Shown here one piece after another: positions 41,021-51,650 of a stretch of DNA of 64,000 nt. Location of the stretch: the NCBI GenBank assembly GCA_965248755.1, contig OZ252149.1, positions 1,248,001 to 1,312,000 on the forward strand, written 5' to 3'. Below the pieces are notes generated by a model. It worked only from the letters and a program-made list of their open reading frames with translations, made no database searches and had not been told where the DNA came from. The DNA comes from Candidatus Latescibacterota bacterium. Its GTDB lineage: Bacteria; Latescibacterota; CBDEFO01. Made by a program: the position numbers and the translations under genes. The first letter of the stretch is position 1. Every line of letters starts with the position of its first letter.

Positions 41021-42592
41021 CTATTTGTAGGTTATTGACAATCTTACACCGTTAAGGACTACCGGCTGTGTACGCTCCAAGGCGGGCTTGACCAGGCGGA
41101 CCTCAAGCTCGTTCAGCCCTTGTTTAAGCGGCGGACTGGCTATTTCAAACTCGATGCTGTCACCTTCCAGAGCGACCTCTTTGAGCGTAGCCGGATATTG
41201 ATTCCGCTCATACACTTGGCGACTCCAGCCATCCGAGGGAACCGTACCCGATTTCCAGGGAATCGATACCTGGTTGAGGCCTACCTCTATCTCGTCTCCA
41301 TCCATAATGTCCTCGAATCCCAGCACGAGAATGCATTTCAACAATGTTCCATCCGCGGTGGCTGTCTCCATATCGTCGGCGATATCCATGCGGAGGATCG
41401 CACCGCGCTCGGCAAGGGTTTCGTCCAAGGTAACGGGCAGTTGAACGAAAGGAATTGCGTTCCGGAACGAGTACCAGAGTTGGGACGTCGGCCTGTTTCT
41501 ATCAGAATAGTCCAGTTCATAGAGCTTGTCAGTACGGGCCAGCACATCCGGGTCTGCCATCTGGGCCAGGACGCTGCGTCTCCACTCGTTTGACATGCTG
41601 AAGTAGTTAAAGAGATAGATTCCATCGACACCTGCTCGCCAGTAGCGAGCGGCTGCAGCCCTGAGCAATTCCTCATCCACAAACGGCCTGAGCGCCTCGA
41701 AGCAGCCACAGACCTGGCAATCGGTTCCCTTTGCTGCCTCCACAAACTCTGCGATGGGCATCTGGAACGGGATGAACCCGCCACCAGCGATGAGTATGTC
41801 TATGAGCCCTTCTTTGATCCATACTTCGGCATCGAGTCCTATCCTCTTAGAGTCGGCCAGTGTCGGTGGGACCCTCACCGCCAGTTCGAGTTTCTTTCCC
41901 CTCTCGGCACCGACCTTGTTAATCCTCTGGCGTATGTGATCTATCATGTCCGTCATCAGGTAACGGTTGGCGTATGCCTCTTCCATCCTGAAGAAGGCCG
42001 GATGGCGCATGAAGTCCAGCTCTATGCCGTCCACGTCAAAGCGCTCGAACAGCTCGAAGATGATCTTGGTCATGTGCGCTCGCACCTCGGGGAACGCGTA
42101 GTTAAGACCCGTCCTGATGCCCCATTCGAGGCTCCCGTCCGGTATCTCCTCTCCGGGACGGCCGATGAGTAATTCCGGGTGTTCTCTTCTGAGCCGGCCG
42201 TAGTTAGGAGCTGACTCGTCCATGTCGTAGTGTTCGTTCATCCTCACTGATGGAAAGAAGCTCAGTCCCGCCTCGCGGCACAAGTCGGCAATGACCGTTA
42301 CTGGCCCCCCGTTCTCCTTTATCATGTGCCGAAGGTTTTCATACTTCTTCTTTTGTCCAGCGCCGAGGTCTTCATAACCCTCGCCGAACAGTTCTCCAAC
42401 TTCGGTCTCGTAGTCGTAGACCTCGTGGCCTCCTATCGACCAGAGAAAGGTGTCCACCGGTGTCCCTTCGTAAGGTACGATCATATTGTCCCTCATTTGG
42501 TCTACGGTCAGGGGAGGTCCATATGCGCCCATTATCCATCCGTCATCATTGAATAATACGCGCCGATCCTTTTTGCGTGCAGTCATGTTCAC
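41021..42592 (-). CDS. Glycoside-hydrolase-like TIM-barrel protein (GHL10-related)
   Basis: VLFNDDG, SVRMNE, LNYAFPEVR, DVDGIELDFMRHP, DGIYLFNYF. Confidence 0.75.
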   Translation of the reverse strand: MNMTARKKDRRVLFNDDGWIMGAYGPPLTVDQMRDNMIVPYEGTPVDTFLWSIGGHEVYDYETEVGELFGEGYEDLGAGQKKKYENLRHMIKENGGPVTVIADLCREAGLSFFPSVRMNEHYDMDESAPNYGRLRREHPELLIGRPGEEIPDGSLEWGIRTGLNYAFPEVRAHMTKIIFELFERFDVDGIELDFMRHPAFFRMEEAYANRYLMTDMIDHIRQRINKVGAERGKKLELAVRVPPTLADSKRIGLDAEVWIKEGLIDILIAGGGFIPFQMPIAEFVEAAKGTDCQVCGCFEALRPFVDEELLRAAAARYWRAGVDGIYLFNYFSMSNEWRRSVLAQMADPDVLARTDKLYELDYSDRNRPTSQLWYSFRNAIPFVQLPVTLDETLAERGAILRMDIADDMETATADGTLLKCILVLGFEDIMDGDEIEVGLNQVSIPWKSGTVPSDGWSRQVYERNQYPATLKEVALEGDSIEFEIASPPLKQGLNELEVRLVKPALERTQPVVLNGVRLSITYK

Positions 42593-43930
42593 ATCTCCTC
42601 GTATAGTATGTTTTGTTGGGTTATGTATTTTGTTATTTACTTTTAAGAGAGATCCCTGTGTTTTACTTTATTTAAGTAGCTGTGGCTAATGAGACCAGCG
42701 ATAATGTATCAGTGTTGTTACAGGATCGGCAAAGTCAGATATTGACACGCTTCTGGCCGCAGGGCTTATGGAGTTTTCGCTGGCGATGAGATTTATCGTC
42801 TTTCTCCCGCGCCATTCGTCCTGATCCTTTACTATATTTTCTGTGCGCTGATGTCAACAGGTATCTTTGTCTCTCTTTAGAATTTAACTTGAAATAAGCC
42901 TATTTCATCAAGACCAGCTTCCTCGTCCACACAAATCCATCCACCTCCATACGATACACATAGACTCCGCTGGCAAGGCTCTTTCCATTATTACCTTTGC
43001 CATCCCGGACTATAGAAGAACGTAACTCTCAGGAACGTCTGATGATAGTTCTGCCTACTCATTTATGGTAGCGGGGGTAGCGGACAGATTCAGCAACACT
43101 GATACATTATTGCTGCCCGATTAGCCACGGCCAAGTAATTGTCTCCATCACCGTCTAAATCTGCTATGAATACTGATGTGGGAAATTCCCCAGCGGGATA
43201 GTTGGTTGAAATTCAGAAAAGGTCCTGTGTATAGGAAGGCTAATTCAAAGCGGCCAACAGTGTCAGAGAAGCGCAGAAGATATTCCATCTCATTTTAGGT
43301 TCTCCCTTTCTATACAAGCCAGAGTTGTTGTGGGGACTCCTTCGTCACGAGCAGAGTAAGAATAAGACCCGATTGCGACATCTTTCTGTCGTAGTCTCTA
43401 CAATCTTGGCGTTGATATTCGTACTTGTTATTGTCTATCAATCAGGACAAAAGATACAAAGAGGTAGATCAATTAGGAGGGAAGATACAAAATTGGACAG
43501 TGGATGTCAATGAAGAATTGCGAAGGACAGGAGCATTATGTTTTCAGGCTGGAAGTGAGAAAGCCTCGATTAGTCTGGATACGTTACTTAGCTCATACTC
43601 TTACGACGTATCTGTGAAAACTAAATACCCATAGAAAGCTTTTCAATAACTCTTCTACTAAATTTCTACCGGAACAAGCCAAAACACATTGAAAAACAAA
43701 GAAACACCGTAAAAGGTGAGAGGATGTTAGCCTAAATAAAATAAAGAGTTAGGGAACAACACGAAACACGAGTGAAAACCCTTAGCTGATAGGAAGTAAT
43801 AATCTCGTATATCATTCAATTGTACCTTTTCCTATATCGATACTGGTGCATGTTCGTCGCCCGATCCGGATTTTGGTGATTCGCGATCCGTCTGAGCCGG
43901 CTCCCAGGTTCCTTTCAAGACCTCGATGAG

Positions 43931-44704
43931 TCAATATTCTGCAAAGAGTACGCCTCTGCCATCGAATTGAGTACTGATATCCGCGAGTCTCAAAGCATGC
44001 CACATGACAACAGCAGGAGCAGAGATGAGTGGTTTGGCTTGTTCGGCTTCAAACCTCTCGATGATATCGCTGGTGCGGATGCCACTGCATGCGAGCACGA
44101 CTGCTTCTGCTTCCCGACTGTCGGCCTGCTTGGCAAGGTCGAACCAGACCGAAGATGGTGAGTTGCCAATCTTCCACTCGCTGATGAATGCCTTCGAGCG
44201 GCTTTGGGTAACTTGAAAGTCGGATTGCTCCAGGTATTCAACGAGCTTGGCGGTCACCTCCGCTCTGTAGGGCGCTGCAACAGCGACACGCTTTACATCC
44301 AACGTTCGAAGAGCTTCGACCTGGGCGTTCGTAACGCTAGTGGCACCTCCGCCTGTAGCTTCAGCGATGGTGTTTCGGATGTTCTGGTCACCCGTCGGGC
44401 CGTGGACAAAACTGCACGAGTTGCAGCAGTAGATAGACACATGTGGGCGCGTGATGCGCATCATCCGCGCTGAATGCGCTATTGCATTCAGGTCGCCGTA
44501 TGATGCGACCATACCCACGCTAATTGGTTTGTCGTGGGCCAGGGTTTCGTAGCGCGTCCAGAGCAGTGTGACATCCCCGCCCTCTGGAAGGTAGTTGTTG
44601 TATTCGTCGTCATTGATGCCATCACTCGGCGCAATTACGGCGATACGTGTGGTCAGGCCTTGTTTCGCCTGTTCATCTGGCATAGGTTCATCCTCAGGAT
44701 CCAA
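43931..44704 (-). CDS. Maleate isomerase / arylmalonate decarboxylase family protein (EutA-like)
   Basis: YCCNSCS, VAVAAPY, LACSG, KPLISA. Confidence 0.8.
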   Translation of the reverse strand: MDPEDEPMPDEQAKQGLTTRIAVIAPSDGINDDEYNNYLPEGGDVTLLWTRYETLAHDKPISVGMVASYGDLNAIAHSARMMRITRPHVSIYCCNSCSFVHGPTGDQNIRNTIAEATGGGATSVTNAQVEALRTLDVKRVAVAAPYRAEVTAKLVEYLEQSDFQVTQSRSKAFISEWKIGNSPSSVWFDLAKQADSREAEAVVLACSGIRTSDIIERFEAEQAKPLISAPAVVMWHALRLADISTQFDGRGVLFAEY

Positions 44705-45839
44705 TTGTGTTCGGTTGTCCGGTCAGCACTTGTGCGCCCTTTTCGGTAATCTCAATCGTTCGGCTCGTTCCCGCTCCATACTTGCCGAGGACGCGAATAG
44801 TCAACGGAAGGTGGAACACCATGCCTGCTTGTAACCGCTCCTCATTAGTCGCACGAATGTGAAAATACGACTCTTCTAACCAGTGGGGCGGAAAACTGAT
44901 GCCTACGGAGTAGCCGAAGTTGTAGTGAAACTGGATGCGGTCTTCGATCGAGCGCATCGTGGCGAGCGCTTTGTCAGCTACGTCACATGCCCGGACGCCC
45001 GGCTTCGCGTGTTCAATGATCGCTTCGGCGGTTCTATGGGCAACGTCAAGGAACTCGTTCCGCTCGTCATACACTGGATCGATGGTGGTCGTGTACATAA
45101 CCGGGGCGGAATAGTGACGGTAGTTTCCGCTCAGTTCGATGAAAATTGAATCTCCGGTTTGTGCCTGGAGGCTGTCATGCTGGCTGTGCGACAGACCGCT
45201 GCGATAACCGACCGCCACCGTCGGCTGCATGACAAACTGGTGACTACCGGCGCGGAACATGGCATCGGTTGCGGCAGCGACAATCTCGTAATCGAACACA
45301 CCCGGATGAATTTCCTCACGCGCCGCATAGAGTCCAATATTGGTCAATTCTGCTGCGCGGCGGACGCACGCCAATTCCGCCTCGGACTTGACCATGCGGA
45401 TGCGATCAACCAAGCGGTCGGCACCAATCAGATTAGCCATATTTAACTGTTCTTCGATGCGTCGGTAGGTCGCAATGCTCAGGTTCGGCGCATTCAGTTC
45501 GATTCCCAGCCGCGCCGCTGCGAGGTTCAAGTCCTCTATTATTCCGGCAAGCTGCGAAACCGGGTCGTCCGTGGGTCCGTAGAAGACGGCATCGGCGAGC
45601 CATGAACTGGCGACGAACCGCCCACGCTCGAAGCTACATAAAAGCATTACGGGATCGCCGTCGTGCATGATGACCAATCCTCGGAACTCCCACGAGTCGA
45701 TGCTGTGGTGGCCGGTCAAGTAGTACACGTTGGCCGGCGAGAAGATTAGCAGGGCATCCAGCTCCCGTAGTGTCATCTCAACCCGTACCCTTTTGAGTCT
45801 GCGTTGGTATTCAGCCGAGCTATGCCAGTTTTCTTTCAA
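44694..45839 (-). CDS. M24 Xaa-Pro peptidase / creatinase-like hydrolase (EutD/DoeA-like)
   Basis: AEYQRRL, NVYYLTG, RMVKSEAE, GYSVGI, GMVFHL. The ORF-track N-terminus overlaps an attC site, so the true start is probably the TTG near 45839. Confidence 0.8.
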   Translation of the reverse strand: MKENWHSSAEYQRRLKRVRVEMTLRELDALLIFSPANVYYLTGHHSIDSWEFRGLVIMHDGDPVMLLCSFERGRFVASSWLADAVFYGPTDDPVSQLAGIIEDLNLAAARLGIELNAPNLSIATYRRIEEQLNMANLIGADRLVDRIRMVKSEAELACVRRAAELTNIGLYAAREEIHPGVFDYEIVAAATDAMFRAGSHQFVMQPTVAVGYRSGLSHSQHDSLQAQTGDSIFIELSGNYRHYSAPVMYTTTIDPVYDERNEFLDVAHRTAEAIIEHAKPGVRACDVADKALATMRSIEDRIQFHYNFGYSVGISFPPHWLEESYFHIRATNEERLQAGMVFHLPLTIRVLGKYGAGTSRTIEITEKGAQVLTGQPNTIGS

Positions 45840-45896
45840 TAAACAAGAGCTCCTTCTTCGCATTAAGGATTTCTTACTCGTTATCTGTCCATGTCT

Positions 45897-46030
45897 TTCT
45901 AACGATAAGTTACCTGCCTGAACCCGCCATTTAGACAAGCAACTCACGTTGCTTTAGCGCTAAGTGTTCTCAAAGGCAACCAAGCTGAAAGGAGCATACA
46001 GGTTCAGGTCAGGTGCAACGAGTGTTAGAC
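45897..46030 (-). other. Integron attC site (VOC cassette)
   Basis: GTCTAAC...GTTGCACCTGACCTGAACC / GGTTCAGGCAGGTAAC...GTTAGAA. The gene stop codon lies inside the inverse core. Confidence 0.85.
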
Positions 46031-46390
46031 GACCTTCTCTTCGCTGATCTCCTTCGGTCGCTCGTGCCGTGGCTGATAGACTCCGAGATTTCCACAGCCC
46101 GGCAGCATGAGCTTCGTCAGCAAACCCCAACCTTCGTCCTGGACCGGGCCACAGACGATTCCGTACTTTTTCATCTCCGAGATGAGCACGTTGACATCGT
46201 CGCACATCAGATAGAACTCGTGAACATCGTTCTTCTCCGACGGATGTACAGCGACCTCTGCCGGGGGCAACCCAAAGATCAACCAACCGCCACCCACATC
46301 GACGTTCGTCAGCTTGAGCACGTCGCGCATGAAAGCACGGTCGGCATCAGGTCTCGTGCTATAGATGATAGAATGCGTACCGATGATCAT
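46025..46390 (-). CDS. VOC/glyoxalase family protein (gene cassette)
   Basis: ADRAFMRDVL, GGGWLIFGLPPAEVAVHP, YLMCDD, GWG, GVYQPRH. Confidence 0.88.
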   Translation of the reverse strand: MIIGTHSIIYSTRPDADRAFMRDVLKLTNVDVGGGWLIFGLPPAEVAVHPSEKNDVHEFYLMCDDVNVLISEMKKYGIVCGPVQDEGWGLLTKLMLPGCGNLGVYQPRHERPKEISEEKVV

Positions 46391-46501
46391 GTTAGACCTT
46401 CACTTCCGTTCTATGACATCGACACATTCGGCATTGTACCGCACTTGCTGACGGGACGAACTCTCGCAATTGAATCTATTCCCTTGGTCGTTTACACGTC
46501 T

Positions 46502-46631
46502 GTCTAAGGACCCAAGTTCAGTTGCGGTGGGGTTTGCCGAAAAGAGGCTCGACAAACTGAAACCCGCCACAACCCCAAAAACATTCATAAAACCACAGTT
46601 CCCCGCCTTCAACTGCAACGGCTGGTTAGGC
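46502..46631 (-). other. Integron attC site (DoxX-like cassette)
   Basis: GCCTAAC...TTGCAGTTGAAGGCGGGG / CCCCACCGCAACTGAA...CTTAGAC. Confidence 0.8.
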
Positions 46632-47159
46632 GTTGGCGTGTGTACCATTCTTTAAGGAGATTTCTTTTTTGCTAGGCTTCCAGATGACACCAGAAACATA
46701 GAGTGCCCAAAGGATGATGACTGGCTGCAAAAGGGGACGCAACCAGTAGTACCACGCACCGAACTCTATACCTGCAACTGAACTTCCCTTGATAGCGACG
46801 TTAATGTTGGCAATCACAAGGAATACAAGCATTACGGCCAGTCCAATACCGGCCCATTTCCTTAAATTTGGCAGTCCCAGTCGCTTGTACAGTGCTAAAG
46901 GAAGAATCAAACCTAGAGCACCGAGTAGTTCTGCAACACCCGTGAAATAGACCAACTCAAGAGTATAACTCGCTAAAAAATCCGGGAGCATAGGAACATA
47001 ACGGGTTTCGGCACTCAGGAGATGATCAATACCTGTGAAAGTAAACCCACCCGCCATACCGTGCCGAAGAGCCATTCGATAATCTTTTCTATCCCCAAAG
47101 AAATATTGGGGGACATAAGCTATGGAACTAAACACCAGCATTAGAAATATAAAGATCAT
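46626..47159 (-). CDS. DoxX-like membrane protein (gene cassette)
   Basis: FTGIDH...YVPMLP...LVYFTGVAELLGALGL...ANI...RPLLQ. Confidence 0.8.
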   Translation of the reverse strand: MIFIFLMLVFSSIAYVPQYFFGDRKDYRMALRHGMAGGFTFTGIDHLLSAETRYVPMLPDFLASYTLELVYFTGVAELLGALGLILPLALYKRLGLPNLRKWAGIGLAVMLVFLVIANINVAIKGSSVAGIEFGAWYYWLRPLLQPVIILWALYVSGVIWKPSKKEISLKNGTHANA

Positions 47160-47764
47160 TTTCTCCGCCCGCTACTGCTATTTATTTACACCTACCCACT
47201 AAAATCAAACGGCATCTACTTCGCAGGTCTCTTAATGAGTCCAATACCCACCAGAATTACTCCGACAGCTAAAATGACCGCCCCCACATAAGCCAAATAG
47301 ATGGTTCCATTTGGCTCCGTTGCGTCCGAAGAAAGGACGGAAAGAAAAATGCCGCTGGGATAAAGATAGCGGCCGTAGGATCTTCTTTCTCACATATCGC
47401 TTCTGGTCCCTGGCGATTCAGAAGTTTCGGCACCGCCCTCTGCAGAATTGCCACCTCAATCGTTGTCCAATAAACCTGGGGGAAAAGGTAGCCCTGTTCA
47501 TCAAACTGTGCAATCTGGGTGTCGTTGAGTTTTATGATAATTGTGCTCTCGTTCCTGGAGTGCGCTACGTATTCGCCTTCTACGTCTAGGACACCGGCAG
47601 AACGATTGGACCTTGACGCTGATCGCCTGAATATTATGGCTTCGCGAGTGGGCGGAAAGCTGATCGTTTTGGCATCTCAAGAGTTGGTCGATCATTTGTC
47701 ATCGGACATTAAGGTCTTGAGGGAACCAGTGCTCTTGAAAAACACGTCCAACTGTTGCCGGCGT

Positions 47765-49558
47765 CTATGTGCTGCGTACCGGGATCGTGACGTTCAGGAC
47801 CACGCCCGGTTTGAGGTCGAAGAACAGGACCAGGTGGTGTTCGCCGTCGGTATTCCTGGTCAAGATCTGTTCGGCGGCGCTGGTCTTGATCAGACCGTCC
47901 GGGTCGAACGCGTCGGGCAGGTCCCACAGGGCGATGGCGTAATTCGCGAACTGAGCGTCGGTTTCCATTTCCAGTGTGATGGTCTTTTCATTTGCATTTC
48001 CGGACCACGGCAACAGGTGGATCTCGACGTCCGGCGTTTCGGTCCACGTAATGGCGCTACCTTCTTGGCTGCGCTGCTGACCGGTGTAATCGAACCACCA
48101 GATGGGATTGGGGCATTCTCGCTCAAACCGGATTGATCGTTTCTGATCTTCGATCAGAATGAATTCGTAGGAAAGCGGGTCCTTGAATGGCGGCTGCTCG
48201 TCCAGGCGCTTGCCTTCGATTTTGGGATATGAGTTTCGATGGCGCATGATGCTGGAGATACGCGTGCTCCAGGGCATGCGCTCGCGCGTCTCGAACATCC
48301 GCTGATCGTACCAGGAGGTTTGCCACCAGGTGTCGTACATCACGTGATCGGTCTTGCTGACAAAGATCGTCCGCGGCGTGATCTCAAAATGACGGCTGTA
48401 GTAATCGGCCACGTCGATTGAGCGGGCGTAGACGACCTTGAACTCTTTAGGGAACTCAAATGCCATCATCCGTTGATAGCTCTGGCCGAATTCGAAGCTG
48501 GTTTTTTCTTCGCTCTGGACCGGCGGGATTCGAAGTTTCGGGTGAGGGACAAAACCGTCGTACAGTGGATAGAGAAAGGCTGGATGTCCGCTGAGCTCGG
48601 CCAGGATCTGGGCTTCCTGCATGCCCTGGCGCAGGCATTTGGCGGCCTCCTCGATGCGGCCTCTCGAGGCGCGGTAATGCCAGGAGTTGGGTCCGAGGAA
48701 ATGCCAGCCGCCGCAGAAGTCCCATGCGTTGGAAACGACGGCGCCGCCCTGGCCCTGATTAGGCTTGCGGCAGTCGATCGGCGAGCAGAAATAGGGAAAC
48801 TCGGGCATCCCCAGCCACGGCCTGGCGTTCGCCTGCCACAGTCCGGCGTGATTGTTGACGCCAAGTTGTTCGAGCGCATTGGTGTAGCCCGGGTCAAATT
48901 CGTGCATCATCTCGATGCGCACGGAGCGGGCGCTATCGGGATCCGGCAGCAGCTCGCGCACCCTGGCCAGACCGTCGCCGTACAGGGTCATGCGTTCGGT
49001 CTCACTTAGATCTGGGGTGTCGGGCAGGACTGGCACAATCAAATCGCCGTAGTGCCGATGATAGCTGAGTAACTTCTGGTACAGCGGATCGTTGGGGTCG
49101 AACTGTTCAATCGGCAAGCGATAATCCAGAGGGATGCCGGTGGCGTGCAAGCTGGGCTCGGGCTCCGGGCCATAGCCGCCTGAGAATCGCAGCACGATCC
49201 AGTCGTCCTCAACGACCGAAAAGTAGCGATAAAACGTTTGGCCACTGGCCCACCACCGGGCCATGTAGCTACCCGGCTCCTTCGGTGTGTAAGTGACCGA
49301 GGCGCGCCCTTCGGTAAAAGTCAGTCCAATCCGCTGTTTCTCCAGTTCGTCGAGCCAGTCAGGATCCCCACCAGCCACGAACGCATCGCCTGGATCGGCC
49401 GTCTCTAGATAACGCGGAAAGATCTCGAAATGATCAGGGTAGGCAGTGTCGGGACAAGAAAAATGGAACGTGATATCTTCGCCCAGCTTGAGCAGACGGT
49501 AGCTTGTATCCCATTGAGGCAGTGCTGACGGGTCTTGGTGCTGTGATTGGTTGGGCAT
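47765..49558 (-). CDS. Hypothetical protein (possible carbohydrate-active enzyme)
   Basis: Long GC-rich ORF with coding-like composition. Likely start MPNQ at 49558. Confidence 0.65.
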   Translation of the reverse strand: MPNQSQHQDPSALPQWDTSYRLLKLGEDITFHFSCPDTAYPDHFEIFPRYLETADPGDAFVAGGDPDWLDELEKQRIGLTFTEGRASVTYTPKEPGSYMARWWASGQTFYRYFSVVEDDWIVLRFSGGYGPEPEPSLHATGIPLDYRLPIEQFDPNDPLYQKLLSYHRHYGDLIVPVLPDTPDLSETERMTLYGDGLARVRELLPDPDSARSVRIEMMHEFDPGYTNALEQLGVNNHAGLWQANARPWLGMPEFPYFCSPIDCRKPNQGQGGAVVSNAWDFCGGWHFLGPNSWHYRASRGRIEEAAKCLRQGMQEAQILAELSGHPAFLYPLYDGFVPHPKLRIPPVQSEEKTSFEFGQSYQRMMAFEFPKEFKVVYARSIDVADYYSRHFEITPRTIFVSKTDHVMYDTWWQTSWYDQRMFETRERMPWSTRISSIMRHRNSYPKIEGKRLDEQPPFKDPLSYEFILIEDQKRSIRFERECPNPIWWFDYTGQQRSQEGSAITWTETPDVEIHLLPWSGNANEKTITLEMETDAQFANYAIALWDLPDAFDPDGLIKTSAAEQILTRNTDGEHHLVLFFDLKPGVVLNVTIPVRST

Positions 49559-49586
49559 CAGGCTTCCATCCTGAATTCCATCCCGG

Positions 49587-49766
49587 TTACTGAATATGCC
49601 GGAAACTGCTGGCGCAGCGTCGGCCTGACGTTTCATTAACGTCAATGATGGCGATATCAGCCCCGGCACCTGCCAGGGCCAACGCATAGCCTCTTCCGAT
49701 TCCGACTCCTGCACCCGTAATCAGCACCTTCTTGCCGCTTAAATCAAAAAGAGACAGAGTGTTCAT
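49587..49766 (-). pseudogene. Truncated SDR oxidoreductase
   Basis: MNTLSLFDLSGKKVLITGAGVGIGRGYALALAGAGADIAIID, then a stop. Confidence 0.8.
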
Positions 49767-49802
49767 CGTTGCTTCCTTTTCTAAAGGACCATTGATCTTA
49801 TG

Positions 49803-50855
49803 CTACGTAGCCGCACCGCAATCGTCAACAATTCCCTTGCTGGCGGCGACGGAAGTGATCTTCTGCCAGGTCGAATCCTCGATGTGAATTCCTTCAGCAC
49901 TGCGGGCTTGCTCGGCGATTGCTTCTGGCTCACCGGGAACCATGATTCGGTCGAACCCCTCCATCAGTTCGCTTGACTTGACCCAACGAACAAGCTCTTC
50001 AACCTGCTCGAAATAGTAATCGCGGCCGCAGAATCGCTCCGGGTCAATAAAAACTGCAAAAAGCGTGTTGGCTATGCGGGCAATACCTTCCCTGCTACAT
50101 TCGCCCCCGCTAACAGCCCCGGCGAAAATGTCGCACATCAGTGCCAGGGCAAAACCTTTATGCCCCGCCATCGGCAGCAACGCCCCCGGCGGATCACTGT
50201 AATAATCCTCCGGATCCGTCGACGGATTCCCGTCACTGTTGACAAGATAGCCTTCGGGTATCTGCTTGCCGGCCGCGCGGGCAACCTTCACCTTCCCCTC
50301 GGCCGTGGAGCACGTCGCCATATCCATAACGATCGAGTCGCCATCGGCTCGCGGCGCAACGCCAAGAATGGGGTTGGCCGATAACCGCCGTTCTCTTCCG
50401 CCGTACGGCGCAGCCAGCACGCCGCCGCCGTGCGTGTTCGTGAAACCAAACGCCAGCAGCCCGGCGTCACCCGCCATTTCCATAAATTCGCCGACCCGGC
50501 CGAGGTGTCCCGATCTGCGGATCGTCATCACGCACACCCCTTCCTGGCGCGCCTTGTCAATTGCCAGTCGCGTCGCCTGCCGCCCGATCACCTGTCCAAA
50601 TCCGAAATCGCCATCGAACATCAGGATCACACCGTCGTCAAGGACCACCTTCATTTCGGCGTCGGCGTTAAGCCAGCCTTTGGCCAGCCAGTCAACATAT
50701 TCGATGACCCGGATTACGCCGTGCGAGTCGTGCCCTTTGAGGTTACCCAGTACGAGTGAATCCGCCACGATGTCGGCGACATTGTGGCACAGCCCATAAG
50801 CTCGAAAGATTCGGGCCGTAAAATCCTTCAACACATCAGCCTTGATTCGTGGCAT
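49803..50855 (-). CDS. Ldh_2 family (malate/L-lactate/sulfolactate-type) dehydrogenase
   Basis: GHDSHGV, HLGR, ANP, DMAT, HKGFAL, PGEPE. Confidence 0.92.
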   Translation of the reverse strand: MPRIKADVLKDFTARIFRAYGLCHNVADIVADSLVLGNLKGHDSHGVIRVIEYVDWLAKGWLNADAEMKVVLDDGVILMFDGDFGFGQVIGRQATRLAIDKARQEGVCVMTIRRSGHLGRVGEFMEMAGDAGLLAFGFTNTHGGGVLAAPYGGRERRLSANPILGVAPRADGDSIVMDMATCSTAEGKVKVARAAGKQIPEGYLVNSDGNPSTDPEDYYSDPPGALLPMAGHKGFALALMCDIFAGAVSGGECSREGIARIANTLFAVFIDPERFCGRDYYFEQVEELVRWVKSSELMEGFDRIMVPGEPEAIAEQARSAEGIHIEDSTWQKITSVAASKGIVDDCGAAT

Positions 50856-51250
50856 ACTCGCTCCTATAGAATCAGTGAGTGTCAGGTGCAGGGGAACACA
50901 AGCCCGATTGAGAGAGATCCATATGACGATCTCCCAGGATCATGATCCCGCGACAGATGTTTCGATGTATATATGGATTCATTTAGCTACGGCATACCGC
51001 AAACTGTAGTGCCCCCGTTGTGGTTGTAAAGCTCACGCGGCGATTTCCCGGAGTTTTTCTTCGTACGTGCTCTGGCTCAGGGTTAGCCTTGAGCAAACGG
51101 GCCTCTTGCGAGAACGTCGAAACTTTTCTATAACTTGCTACAGCAGGGTTGTTTATGAGAACACATTCAGTTTTTGTGAATAGTCCAGGCTAATTTTCGC
51201 CACAATACTCTTCCCCAAATAGCAAGTCATTATGAGCAGGTCCCAAAGGG

Positions 51251-51650
51251 TTATTCGTCGTCGGGCAGAAGGCCGGGACTCAACTTTGGATCGCGTCCTA
51301 CGCTGTCCAGCGCCTTATGGAGACTACGTAACAGCAAGCCGCTGTCCGATCCGAGGCGGAGCATTCGAAACCCCTGCTGGTAACGCTCGTGAAGATTCTC
51401 GTTGCTTGTGGCCAGCAAACCACGGTGTTTTCCCATAGCTAGAGCAGCTTCCTTCGCCTGCAGGATGTGCTGTGCAACGCGTGGCCCCTCCTCTTGCCCC
51501 TCATACCCGGCTGTAGATGAATAGTCGGAGGGCGCAAAGAAGAACACGTCGACACCGTCCACCTCAAGAATCTGGTTGATGCTACGACGAGCGGTCACGC
51601 TTTCAACGATGGGCACCACCATTACGTGCTCGTCGGCGGTAGGACGTGAG
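51251..51650 (-). pseudogene. C-terminal fragment of an HpcH/HpaI aldolase
   Basis: VVPIVES...ILEVDGVDVFFFAPSDYS...GFRMLRLGSDSG. Confidence 0.7.

Noticed and set aside
42690..43900. Possible ncRNA or genes in the long intergenic stretch
   Set aside because: Only short ORFs and weak pairing (AGGATC/GATCCT). No recognisable family, probably decayed sequence.
45840..46648. ORFs 45960-46286, 46013-46507, 46400-46648 and the N-terminal extension of the M24 gene
   Set aside because: They overlap attC palindromes or the VOC gene and are not independently supported.
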